From a virus (taxonomy: Duplodnaviria > Caudoviricetes): a stretch of 29,349 nucleotides of DNA. Below, piece by piece: positions 8,074 to 16,207 of the stretch. The position numbers and the translations under genes are program-made. The notes under the pieces were generated by a model. The model was given only the letters and a program-made list of their open reading frames with translations. It made no database searches and was not told the DNA's origin. Within the stretch, counting starts at the first letter, position 1; each line of letters begins with the position of its first letter. The stretch lies in the IMG/VR virus record IMGVR_UViG_3300037519_000009, positions 1 to 29,349 of that record; one strand, written 5' to 3'.

Positions 8074-9320
8074 CGAATGTTGTTCCTAATGTTCCAGGCA
8101 ATTTCAAACGTCAGGGTGTAACTAATCATTTTGGCGTTAATCTGCTTAAAGTATTCAACACCTCCGTCGGTTGGGTTAGCAGTAAACTCCTGCCCATCGT
8201 AAAGAAGCGATACCTTCTCACTCATAAGCAACTCACGGATAACATCGTCGTAATTCTCGTCTACCCATCCGGTATTAACCGTAATGGTTTCTCGGCTGTT
8301 GACATCAAAGTTACGGTACTGCAACTGCTGCGTTACGTCGTAAGAAGTTGGCAACTGCGGCATATAACTTTCCCGTGTGAATCCTCCGCTTCGGGTGGAA
8401 ACTTTGAAGCAAGTCAGGTAATCGCTTACTCCGTAGCGGTTAATGAAGGTAACTCTTACCGGCGTGTATTTAGGTTCACAAACCAATTCGTAATTGTAAT
8501 CGGTAGCGTTTTCCTCGTATCCCAATTCAGCAAGTGCTGCACGTAAGCAAGCAAACCCTTCGCACGTACCTCCGTCGGCTTCTACCCGTGCTTTGTAGTT
8601 GACTGCTGCGCTATCGCTAATCAATGAAATAGTGTAATCCTCAATCGGCTCAACCCCTAAGAAAGAATCCACGCTGTTAGGGCCGGCGGGAATGTAGATA
8701 ATCTTTTGCGTTGACTGGGTGCTTGTGTTTGAGAATCCAAGCTCGTCAGATAGCACGTAGAAGTAATCGGTTCCGTTTACGTTGTACAGCACGCCGTTAA
8801 GGTCGGTGTTCGCATCGTATAAGGCGGGCAAGGATTGCTCGTATCCTTCCATAACTTGAATGGTGCGGTTGGTGATTAAGCCAGCACCCGCAACAATACC
8901 ACCAGATTGCGTAGTAAACGGCAACCAGCCGTCAGTACATAGGAACGATTGATTGTTTTGAATTAAGCCGCTACCTGGGGTTCCCGCATTCACATAGTTA
9001 GACGATAAAGAAAACTTGCACCATACATCTTCAGTTGTTGCGTTCTCCCAATCGCTAATAGGGTCGTTTTTTAATACGGTTGTAATTTTCTCACGTATTA
9101 ACTCGCTGATTTCAAATACAATAGGTTCGTCGTTAATAGAGCTTTTGGTTAACGTGTAATCTGCCGTTGGACTACTTGCGCTGCTACCTTGGAAAATACG
9201 CAGGGTAAGCGTAGCGTCAACAAGGCCGTCGTTAACGGCTGTGCCTTTGGTTAGCGTGATAAATATCGGAGACCTTGTAAATTGCAACGAGGTCGGAAAG
9301 GCGGCTATTGGTAGTCCCAT
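8070..9320 (-). CDS. Tail/baseplate structural protein (416 aa)
   Basis: Beta-rich; conserved-looking C-terminal CEPKYTP...FINRYG...NTGWV...LLMSE region; coupled to its neighbours. Confidence 0.65.
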   Translation of the reverse strand: MGLPIAAFPTSLQFTRSPIFITLTKGTAVNDGLVDATLTLRIFQGSSASSPTADYTLTKSSINDEPIVFEISELIREKITTVLKNDPISDWENATTEDVWCKFSLSSNYVNAGTPGSGLIQNNQSFLCTDGWLPFTTQSGGIVAGAGLITNRTIQVMEGYEQSLPALYDANTDLNGVLYNVNGTDYFYVLSDELGFSNTSTQSTQKIIYIPAGPNSVDSFLGVEPIEDYTISLISDSAAVNYKARVEADGGTCEGFACLRAALAELGYEENATDYNYELVCEPKYTPVRVTFINRYGVSDYLTCFKVSTRSGGFTRESYMPQLPTSYDVTQQLQYRNFDVNSRETITVNTGWVDENYDDVIRELLMSEKVSLLYDGQEFTANPTDGGVEYFKQINAKMISYTLTFEIAWNIRNNIR

Positions 9321-9826
9321 TATTTACGTGTGAATGCTTGGAAGTCATCGGGCGTAAGCTCAAACGCCTGGACTATTTCTTGTGGAAGTTTCTTAAAGTT
9401 GACTTTGAATGGTGCGCTAAAAAAGTAACTCGGTTTAATACCATTGTTGTACACCGACTTTGCTATTGCCCATTGCAAGCTCTTGCGTGGGATAAACCTT
9501 CCGTTCTTATCCCGGACACCTTCTAACCCTTTACGCACTACCCAGTTTGCAAACGCCTTGGGTGGTGGCATCTTATTGGTGTATTTGTATGGTGTGTTGA
9601 ACTTGCGTTTTACACCGCTTACACCTTTGTCTTGAAACTCCCCGTACGGTTCCATTGAGAACGTAAGGGAGAACGAGTTAGGGCCAACCGCCAAGTCGTA
9701 ATCCAAAGAATTGTACAGCTCCTTTGTGCTGTTCTTTTTCTTCTTGGTGAGGTTCTGCCTTGCTTGTTGAATTACACGCTTTGCAAACTTCGTTAATGCG
9801 GCTTGTACGAGTTGTTGGCGGCTCAT
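9320..9826 (-). CDS. Neck / tail completion protein (HK97 gp10-like, basic)
   Basis: 168-aa basic protein with YGEFQDKGV, KMPP and GIKPSYFF motifs. Confidence 0.6.
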   Translation of the reverse strand: MSRQQLVQAALTKFAKRVIQQARQNLTKKKKNSTKELYNSLDYDLAVGPNSFSLTFSMEPYGEFQDKGVSGVKRKFNTPYKYTNKMPPPKAFANWVVRKGLEGVRDKNGRFIPRKSLQWAIAKSVYNNGIKPSYFFSAPFKVNFKKLPQEIVQAFELTPDDFQAFTRK

Positions 9827-10293
9827 CAGCAGATAGATATTTCCGTATTCGGCACAATCAAGTCAAAGGTCAGGTTCCATCCGGTGAGCAAGCTTTCAAA
9901 ACGCTCCGTAAACGGCTCACAAACAATATCCCCCTCGATTTCGTACTTCTCCGTGTACAACGTACCACGGCGTAACTGCGATTGCAATCCGTTTAGAATT
10001 GCCAGGGTGGTATTCAAAATATCCTGCTGGTTATCTACGCCAAAGAACGGCTCGTTCTGGTCTCTAATATCCTGCTTCGTTTCGTCCACAATATCCATAC
10101 ACAACACCGATACGTTGAATCGTATTACGTGGTCTGCGAATGTTGCTTGGTTAACCATAATATGCGCCAACGGGAATATCGTTTGCTTATTTAGGTCAAC
10201 GTCGAATATATCCCCAAAGGTTACAACCTTCACCAACGGGTGCGAGGATAGGTATTCGTTTATCTTTTCGGTGGCTAAATAAAAACTTCTCAT
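9826..10293 (-). CDS. Tail terminator-like protein
   Basis: 155-aa acidic protein; IFPLAHI...F.VSVLCMD and PFTERFE...GW motifs. Confidence 0.55.
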   Translation of the reverse strand: MRSFYLATEKINEYLSSHPLVKVVTFGDIFDVDLNKQTIFPLAHIMVNQATFADHVIRFNVSVLCMDIVDETKQDIRDQNEPFFGVDNQQDILNTTLAILNGLQSQLRRGTLYTEKYEIEGDIVCEPFTERFESLLTGWNLTFDLIVPNTEISIC

Positions 10294-10535
10294 TTTTTAA
10301 TCATTGAAATTTCAATATCGTTTTTCTCTTTCTCGAATGTTAGGTACGTTAATGCCTGGTTTATTGGAAGTTTAGTAACGTCTCCAAATTTGAGGACATC
10401 TCCTTGAGCAAGCGCATAGATTGACTGATACCATCCCCATCGCTGTCCGAATTGGGCTTCTCTGGTGTATGGGTTTTCAGTTCTTTCTCCAAAGAGCGCA
10501 GGGTATGCGCTGCCAATACGTTCCCTAAACGATAA
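10290..10535 (-). CDS. -1 frame extension of the tail assembly chaperone (gpGT-like C-terminus, 81 codons)
   Basis: Open -1 frame from the T9 run: LSFRERIGSAYPALFGERTENPYTREAQFGQRWGWYQSIYALAQGDVLKFGDVTKLPINQALTYLTFEKEKNDIEISMIKK*. Its stop overlaps the ATG of the next gene (ATGA). Confidence 0.75.
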   Translation of the reverse strand, partial: LSFRERIGSAYPALFGERTENPYTREAQFGQRWGWYQSIYALAQGDVLKFGDVTKLPINQALTYLTFEKEKNDIEISMIKK

Positions 10536-11014
10536 AAAAAAACCAGCGCACCAAGCACTACCGAAGCGGGCATCTGTTTCATTATTTCGTCTCGCTCGTC
10601 TGTTGCTGCGTATTTTTCAATATCGTAACGCTCACCCTTTTCCTTTACGACCGGACGATATAGTACAGCCATTGCACGGTGCATAGTTGCCCAATCGGAT
10701 AAGTACGAATCAAGGTCGACAAACTCACCTAATGAAATTTCGTTAAGTGCTGGAATGAATCCGTATTTAACCTCGTTGAGTTCAAAGAATTTAGTTAATC
10801 CGGGCTTCTCGGATAGGGTCTTAGCCAGGCGTTCCAATACGCTTACCGCATCTATCAAGCGGACATTCGGCAGCTCTGAAAACGGAACCCCGCAGAAGAT
10901 TTCAAGCATCTTCATTTGCTTAAACTCACCCTCACCTTCAATACGAGCAAAGCGCTGGTATTGTTCAAGCGTGATTTCGTCAAGCGAAGTTGGTACTACT
11001 AATTTAAGTTCCAT
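10361..11014 (-). CDS. Tail assembly chaperone (gpG-like, 217 aa)
   Basis: Start revised to ATG 11014 (MELKLVVP...). Contains the slippery sequence GTT TTT TTT TAT at 10543-10532. Confidence 0.7.
   Translation of the reverse strand: MELKLVVPTSLDEITLEQYQRFARIEGEGEFKQMKMLEIFCGVPFSELPNVRLIDAVSVLERLAKTLSEKPGLTKFFELNEVKYGFIPALNEISLGEFVDLDSYLSDWATMHRAMAVLYRPVVKEKGERYDIEKYAATDERDEIMKQMPASVVLGALVFFYRLGNVLAAHTLRSLEKELKTHTPEKPNSDSDGDGISQSMRLLKEMSSNLETLLNFQ
10534..10542 (-). other. Programmed -1 frameshift slippery site (T TTT TTT)
   Basis: Nine-T run on the coding strand, in X XXY YYZ phase. Confidence 0.7.
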
Positions 11015-11025
11015 AGATAAATAAC

Positions 11026-12183
11026 TCAACGGATAGAATACCTACCGTAGTTTGGTTTAGAAAGTTTATTAAACACAGCATAACGTGCCGCATCGAGGGC
11101 GTGATTCATAACGTCTATTGGCTTATTAAGCAGGTTGCCGTTCTTGTCCTCCGTCCATTTGTAGTTCTGCAATTCTTTAATTAGATTGTTGCTCCGTGCT
11201 GTTGCAAATATCTTATGGCGTTTAAGAATATCAATACCTGCGTTAATCGAATCTTGCCCCTTGGCGGTTGGCTTCACGTTCCAGCCGAATCGGTGCAATT
11301 CCTCGATTGATTTCGGTTCGGCACTATCTGCAAAGATTTCGTCCCTTCGGTCAAGTCCTAACGATTGCAGGTGGTGGTGAAGGTCACGGTTGGTCATACC
11401 CGTCCGGTAGAGCAGCTCGTCCAGGTAAAGATTGTCCCCGTGCTGGTAGATTGCCACAATAGCGGACGGGTCATTTGTAAAACCAAAGTCAAGGCCATAG
11501 GATAGTAGTTTTGCTTCTTGTGGGATTTCAGACGTTCCGAATTGGAAGACGGTCGCTCGTGACATACCACGCTCACCCAGACCGTAGATACGCCAATAGT
11601 CATCATCGGTTTCTTTTAGCCGTTCAATTTCCTGCTTAATCTTCTCGTCAAGGAACGGGTTATCCCGGTAGGTGGTTTGGTAAAAGTCGCAATCCTCACG
11701 GGGTATTACCCGGTCGTAAATCCAATGGAAAGATTCGGAAGGGTTGTAATCAAGGATAATACGCCCATCGGTACGAAAGATAAGCTGCTGCCAATCCTCG
11801 TAAAACAATTCGTTTGCCTCGTTAATGTAAAGTAGGTTCCGCTTACGTCCCCTAATCTTCTGCGGCTGGTCTAACGATATAAACTCAACAAGGTTCCCGT
11901 TAAGGTGGTATTCGTGGCTGGACTTGTTATGGTATTCCTCCCGGTATAAATCGTGTTCACGCAAAATATCAAAGAAGTCCCGCATAACCGAAGCCCGCAA
12001 GGACGGGAACGACTTACGGCAAATGGTTATGGTCTTGGCGGTATTGCGTTCGGTGTAATAGAAAATAAGCCAGAGCAGGATATTGTAAGTTTTCCCGCTC
12101 CGTGTACCGCCTTGCTCAACGATAATACGCTTATCGCTTTTAATTAGGTGGTTAAATACCTTATTGGTCTGTATCGTTGCCAA
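11026..12183 (-). CDS. terL: Terminase large subunit (PBSX/Terminase_3-like)
   Basis: Walker A QGGTRSGKT, Walker B LYINEA, nuclease motifs LDFGF and NHALDAARY. Confidence 0.95.
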   Translation of the reverse strand: MATIQTNKVFNHLIKSDKRIIVEQGGTRSGKTYNILLWLIFYYTERNTAKTITICRKSFPSLRASVMRDFFDILREHDLYREEYHNKSSHEYHLNGNLVEFISLDQPQKIRGRKRNLLYINEANELFYEDWQQLIFRTDGRIILDYNPSESFHWIYDRVIPREDCDFYQTTYRDNPFLDEKIKQEIERLKETDDDYWRIYGLGERGMSRATVFQFGTSEIPQEAKLLSYGLDFGFTNDPSAIVAIYQHGDNLYLDELLYRTGMTNRDLHHHLQSLGLDRRDEIFADSAEPKSIEELHRFGWNVKPTAKGQDSINAGIDILKRHKIFATARSNNLIKELQNYKWTEDKNGNLLNKPIDVMNHALDAARYAVFNKLSKPNYGRYSIR

Positions 12184-12508
12184 GTACTTCTATTTGGAAC
12201 ATCTTGCCCGTGGATACGTCTAACTCCTGCCGCTCTACATAGCCACGCTTCTTTCCTTTTGTTTTTAGAAAAAAGATTGTTGCGGTTGAATTACCTTCTT
12301 TAATTTGTTTATGCAACTGGCTTTCCGCAAAGTCAAGGGCAACGTCTGATAGTGAATCGACTGCTGCTTTGTATTCAGGGTCGCTATCCATCCAAAGGTA
12401 ATGCGTAGTTCTCCCAATGCCTACCGTCTTGCAAGCCGAGGTTACAACTCCAAGCGATTTTTCCAATGCATCGAGCATTGCCTTTTTATGCTGTTCAGTC
12501 CTGTCCAT
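12161..12508 (-). CDS. terS: Terminase small subunit
   Basis: HTH-like N-terminus (GVVTSACKTVGIGRTTHYLW), ATIFFLKTKGKKRGY motif, overlaps the terL start. Confidence 0.8.
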   Translation of the reverse strand: MDRTEQHKKAMLDALEKSLGVVTSACKTVGIGRTTHYLWMDSDPEYKAAVDSLSDVALDFAESQLHKQIKEGNSTATIFFLKTKGKKRGYVERQELDVSTGKMFQIEVLGNDTDQ

Positions 12509-13622
12509 AAGGTTTGCCGTTTATTTTAATTTCAAGTGAGGGGTCGAGCTTGTGCATTCGGTCTATAATCACCTGGCAATACTTCGGGTCAAGTTCCATA
12601 CCATAGCATTTGCGGTTGAGTTGGTGTGCTGCTACCATCGTAGAACCGCTGCCGCAAAATAGGTCAACCACACTCCGTACTTGCTTATGGTTTTTTAATG
12701 CTCGTGCCGCAAGTTCAATCGGCTTTTGCGTGGGGTGCATATAGTTGGTGTCCTTCTTTGCCATCCACAGGTCTGATTCATTTTTAATGTCTTCATCAAT
12801 CTGACCATTGAATAAACAAAATTCGTGTTGGTGGCGATATCCTTTACCAAGACCAAATACATTTTTAGCCCATACGATACAAGCCTTGTAATCAAGTGAG
12901 CCTTGCAGTATCCCGTAGAATTTCCAATTACACCAAATGTAATAATGTTTAGGATTTAGCAAATGAACGATTGAAATGAAGCCATTGATAAATTGACCAA
13001 AGTCATCCTCTGAAAGTTTATCGTTTAGGATTACATCGTGCTTACCACTACGACCATTAAAAGCAACATTGTATGGCGGGTCAGTAAATAACAACTCTAC
13101 CTCTTGCCCATCCATCAGCCTTGCGACTGCATCGCTATCGGTAGAGTCCCCACATAGCAGACGGTGGTTGCCTATCTCTATTAAGTCCCCTAAAACGATG
13201 TCTGTGTTTATTTCGGATGGTGCTTCGTAGTCATCCTCCTCCGCTTCCAGTACGGGCGTGTTGTCAAATGGTAATTCAAGACCCCATTCCTGCAATAACT
13301 GCTCATCCCATTCGTTTGCTAATAAGTCCCAGTCCCATTCTCCGAACCCTACGTTGTCTTTAATTATGAACTCCGCTTGTTGCTCCTCCGTTAAGTTATC
13401 GGCAATAACAATCGGCACCTCTTTAAGCCCAGCGGCTTTGCACGCCTTTAAGCGCATATTGCCGCCCAGCACTACCATATTGCCATCTACTACGATTGGG
13501 CGCAGCTCAAGCATCTGAGGGAACTCCTGGATTGATTTTACGAGCTTCTTGAACTTATCGTCTTTGATAATTCGGGGGTTGCTCGTATTGGGAACCACTT
13601 GGGTAATTGGTACTATTTGCAT
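12495..13622 (-). CDS. ParB-like N-terminal domain fused to an N6A/N4C DNA methyltransferase
   Basis: ParB box NPR.I...RPIVVD...GGNMRLKA; MTase motifs LLCGDST, TDPPY, HPTQKP and DLFCGSGST. Confidence 0.9.
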   Translation of the reverse strand: MQIVPITQVVPNTSNPRIIKDDKFKKLVKSIQEFPQMLELRPIVVDGNMVVLGGNMRLKACKAAGLKEVPIVIADNLTEEQQAEFIIKDNVGFGEWDWDLLANEWDEQLLQEWGLELPFDNTPVLEAEEDDYEAPSEINTDIVLGDLIEIGNHRLLCGDSTDSDAVARLMDGQEVELLFTDPPYNVAFNGRSGKHDVILNDKLSEDDFGQFINGFISIVHLLNPKHYYIWCNWKFYGILQGSLDYKACIVWAKNVFGLGKGYRHQHEFCLFNGQIDEDIKNESDLWMAKKDTNYMHPTQKPIELAARALKNHKQVRSVVDLFCGSGSTMVAAHQLNRKCYGMELDPKYCQVIIDRMHKLDPSLEIKINGKPYGQD

Positions 13623-14578
13623 AAGCGTTCTAATCTAATGTCGTTAAAGTCGTGTATATTAAAGTTCGTGGTCATATCCTCGTGCAAGGTAAGCGCAATA
13701 TCTCCAGCTTTGTTTGGGTTCTCGTGTAGGTATTTAATTGCCTTATTCCAGTCGCCCTTATGTTTTACAGCGATGCAGTTCTTATCCGTTAGGTGTTTTG
13801 AGTACGGTGCTACATCACTTACAATTAACGCACAACCGGCGAACCCTGCTTCTACCATCTTCAAATTAGATTTGCATCGGTTAAACTCACTTGGGAGAAG
13901 TGGGGCCAAGGCAACGTCAAACGCTTGGTATAGCTTTCCGTATTCGTTTGGTGGTTGTGTTTCTAATGCGAATCTTGCTTTTGCAGCTTGTGGGTATCCA
14001 CCAATATCGGCAACATAGGATTGATACGGTGAAAGGTCTATCTTGTTTTTCACAAGGTCTGGTAGGTGGGATATTCCTGCCACGTAACCGAACCGTACTT
14101 CGTCTGCTTCTTGGCGGTTGATTTGCCATTGCGGGTCGGAAGGGTCTAATCCGTTTGGAATGATATGTACGTTACGGTTTACCTTCTTGATTTTATCGGC
14201 AAGGTACTTTTGGGTAGTCCATACCTCGTCTGCAAAGTACATAGAGTTTACTATCCTTCCTGATAGGTTTGCTTTATCGTATCCTGCTTTGCTGGGGTGG
14301 TCTAATGCCAAGTGCCACCAATCGTCGTTATCAATAATAACCTTCTTGCCCGTTGCTTTACAAATAGCAAAGAAGTTAGCAAAGGATTCACCGGAGAACG
14401 GAAGCGCACGAGAAAAGATTACGTGGGTAACGTCTTCCCAATCGGCTTCCGGTATTGGCTGTTTGTAGTTGAGTATCTGAAAATCCAAAAGCCCTTTCTC
14501 CTTGAGTAGAGTGAAGGGCTTGTAAATCCGGTGGTACACCACTCCGGAGTTTTGGTCTCCAAGGCAAAGGACTTTCAT
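13613..14578 (-). CDS. Glycosyltransferase (GT-B/GT4-like)
   Basis: Motifs IIDNDD, HIIPNG and FDVALAPL..SEFNRCKSNLKMVEAG. Confidence 0.8.
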   Translation of the reverse strand: MKVLCLGDQNSGVVYHRIYKPFTLLKEKGLLDFQILNYKQPIPEADWEDVTHVIFSRALPFSGESFANFFAICKATGKKVIIDNDDWWHLALDHPSKAGYDKANLSGRIVNSMYFADEVWTTQKYLADKIKKVNRNVHIIPNGLDPSDPQWQINRQEADEVRFGYVAGISHLPDLVKNKIDLSPYQSYVADIGGYPQAAKARFALETQPPNEYGKLYQAFDVALAPLLPSEFNRCKSNLKMVEAGFAGCALIVSDVAPYSKHLTDKNCIAVKHKGDWNKAIKYLHENPNKAGDIALTLHEDMTTNFNIHDFNDIRLERLCK

Positions 14579-15105
14579 TTCAAATAGTTATAGTAACAAA
14601 GGTAGGCATCGAGCGTGTTTACATTCCACTTAGCCATTTGTTGAGCGAATAGACCGTCTGCTTCGTATTCGGTTCCGAATCTTGCTTCTCCAATAGCATC
14701 ACAACGAACCATAAACGAGGCGGTATCGATTGTACCTACCCGTGGCTCTTTAGTCGGGTGTAATCTTGGGTGGCCATTCTTAAATACTTGCCCCCAGGTG
14801 ATAACTGGATAAAACTCGTTTTTAACGGCTTCGTACCAATCCGGGTGAATTATGTTATCATCGTCGAGAAAGTATATGTAATCGCCTCTTTTGGCCTTTA
14901 GAGCCAATATAAACTCCATACCTATATTGCGAAGCGGGTTTCCCCAGTTGCCTCCTGCGCTGGGACGTAGGTAGGTAATTCCGTTTGGGAAATCGCCTGC
15001 TGCTTTCTCGTCAACTACCACCGTCCAGCTGCAATCCTCTGGAATGGTTTGCTTGATTGTTGAAAGGTTCTCCGGGCGTGAGCAGGGGGTAATGATATGA
15101 ATCAT
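14575..15105 (-). CDS. Glycosyltransferase (GT-A/GT2-like)
   Basis: IITPC.R N-terminus, RNIG, YIYFLDDDN (DxD motif), EADG. Confidence 0.8.
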   Translation of the reverse strand: MIHIITPCSRPENLSTIKQTIPEDCSWTVVVDEKAAGDFPNGITYLRPSAGGNWGNPLRNIGMEFILALKAKRGDYIYFLDDDNIIHPDWYEAVKNEFYPVITWGQVFKNGHPRLHPTKEPRVGTIDTASFMVRCDAIGEARFGTEYEADGLFAQQMAKWNVNTLDAYLCYYNYLK

Positions 15106-15356
15106 TTGTTGAGCTTTTTTAGGTGTACGGCTTGTAGAAAATCTTTTGACAATTCAACACCAAAGTCGGCTTCGTGGTGGCACTCACGACATAACGCCAT
15201 TAAGTTCTCCGGCGTATCTAAAAGTTTACTACCGCCCATACCACGGGGTTCGATATGGTGGATGTCAACAGCTCTACGATTGCAGACTTCGCAACAAATA
15301 AACTCAACCGGGGATAACCCCATTGCCTTTAAGTAAACTTTAGTGTGGTTCTTCAT
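15102..15356 (-). CDS. HNH endonuclease
   Basis: CEVC...VDIHHI...NLMALCRECH. Confidence 0.85.
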   Translation of the reverse strand: MKNHTKVYLKAMGLSPVEFICCEVCNRRAVDIHHIEPRGMGGSKLLDTPENLMALCRECHHEADFGVELSKDFLQAVHLKKLNK

Positions 15357-15469
15357 TGCCGTTCCAAGAACTTAACCCACATCTTTGCAGCAACTGCTCT
15401 GCGTTGTGGTTTGAAAGGATAGATGGACTTTAAGCGAGCCATTGCTATCCGCATAAATTGTTCTTTCAT
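15353..15469 (-). CDS. Small basic hypothetical protein, 38 aa (not in ORF track)
   Basis: MKEQFMRIAMARLKSIYPFKPQRRAVAAKMWVKFLERQ*; ATGA overlaps at both ends. Confidence 0.7.
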   Translation of the reverse strand: MKEQFMRIAMARLKSIYPFKPQRRAVAAKMWVKFLERQ

Positions 15470-15615
15470 TCTCCCTTAAAATAATTTCTAATTGTTGTTT
15501 CAATCTCGCCCAACCTTTGCTCCGCTGATAAACCGCTATTCTCCGATTCGATTATTTGAGTGATTTCGTCGAGCAAATGATAAAGGGCAATCAGCTCTTG
15601 GATTTGGGTTTTCAT
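15466..15615 (-). CDS. Small hypothetical protein, 49 aa (not in ORF track)
   Basis: MKTQIQELIALYHLLDEITQIIESENSGLSAEQRLARLKTTIRNYFKGE*; ATGA overlaps at both ends. Confidence 0.7.
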   Translation of the reverse strand: MKTQIQELIALYHLLDEITQIIESENSGLSAEQRLGEIETTIRNYFKGE

Positions 15616-15830
15616 TCTATTGTCAGATTATTGGCGTTAAGTATCGAATGCAAATCTTTGCGTATCGTTTCGTAGCATTTGTATTCGGCTGGTGATAGCT
15701 CTCCGTACTTTAAGTTAGCTCGCAACTTTTGGTCTAACTGCCAAAGGACGTGCTTAAACATACCCCCGTTAACAGCTTCCATAAACTCTACCTCCTCATC
15801 GGGGAGTGTGAACTCCAATACTGCTTTCAT
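15612..15830 (-). CDS. Hypothetical protein (MKAVLEFTLPDE type)
   Basis: 72 aa, ATGA-coupled on both sides. Confidence 0.75.
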   Translation of the reverse strand: MKAVLEFTLPDEEVEFMEAVNGGMFKHVLWQLDQKLRANLKYGELSPAEYKCYETIRKDLHSILNANNLTIE

Positions 15831-16042
15831 AAGGTAAAGAATAATTTACCTACCATTGCGGCTACGCCACCAACTAAAGTGTACACAACGTCCCAAACGC
15901 TATCGTTGTAGTCCCTACGGTCGTCGAGTAGGATTCCTTTTAATTCTCTGCCGAATGCTGCTGCGATAAGAATTGGCCAGCTACCCGTAACGGCAAGGAT
16001 TGCCATCCCAGCCCAGAAGTGTGCGATATGGTCTATTTTCAT
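15827..16042 (-). CDS. Small membrane protein
   Basis: 71 aa with hydrophobic helices; HIAHF...RE..D..YT..GG pattern. Confidence 0.7.
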   Translation of the reverse strand: MKIDHIAHFWAGMAILAVTGSWPILIAAAFGRELKGILLDDRRDYNDSVWDVVYTLVGGVAAMVGKLFFTL

Positions 16043-16197
16043 TTTGTGTTAAAGGTTTCCCAGTAATAATCGCACTTGTCATCCGCAAAAGGAACCTCGA
16101 CAAACATTGATTGATATGTTCCCATTGGGGCAGTGAATCGGTAGCACTTTAATTTCGAAGGGCATCCCTCTCCCGTGCATTTAGTAATATCGGTCAT
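16039..16197 (-). CDS. Small Cys-rich protein (52 aa)
   Basis: Start revised to MTDITKCTGEGCP..KCYRFTA...CDYYW. Confidence 0.7.
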   Translation of the reverse strand: MTDITKCTGEGCPSKLKCYRFTAPMGTYQSMFVEVPFADDKCDYYWETFNTK

Positions 16198-16207
16198 TTT
16201 GTAAGGG

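Noticed and set aside
15102-15356. HNH gene as a mobile homing endonuclease or intron
   Set aside because: It is short, free-standing, ATGA-coupled and interrupts no gene, so it is more like a packaging-region HNH.
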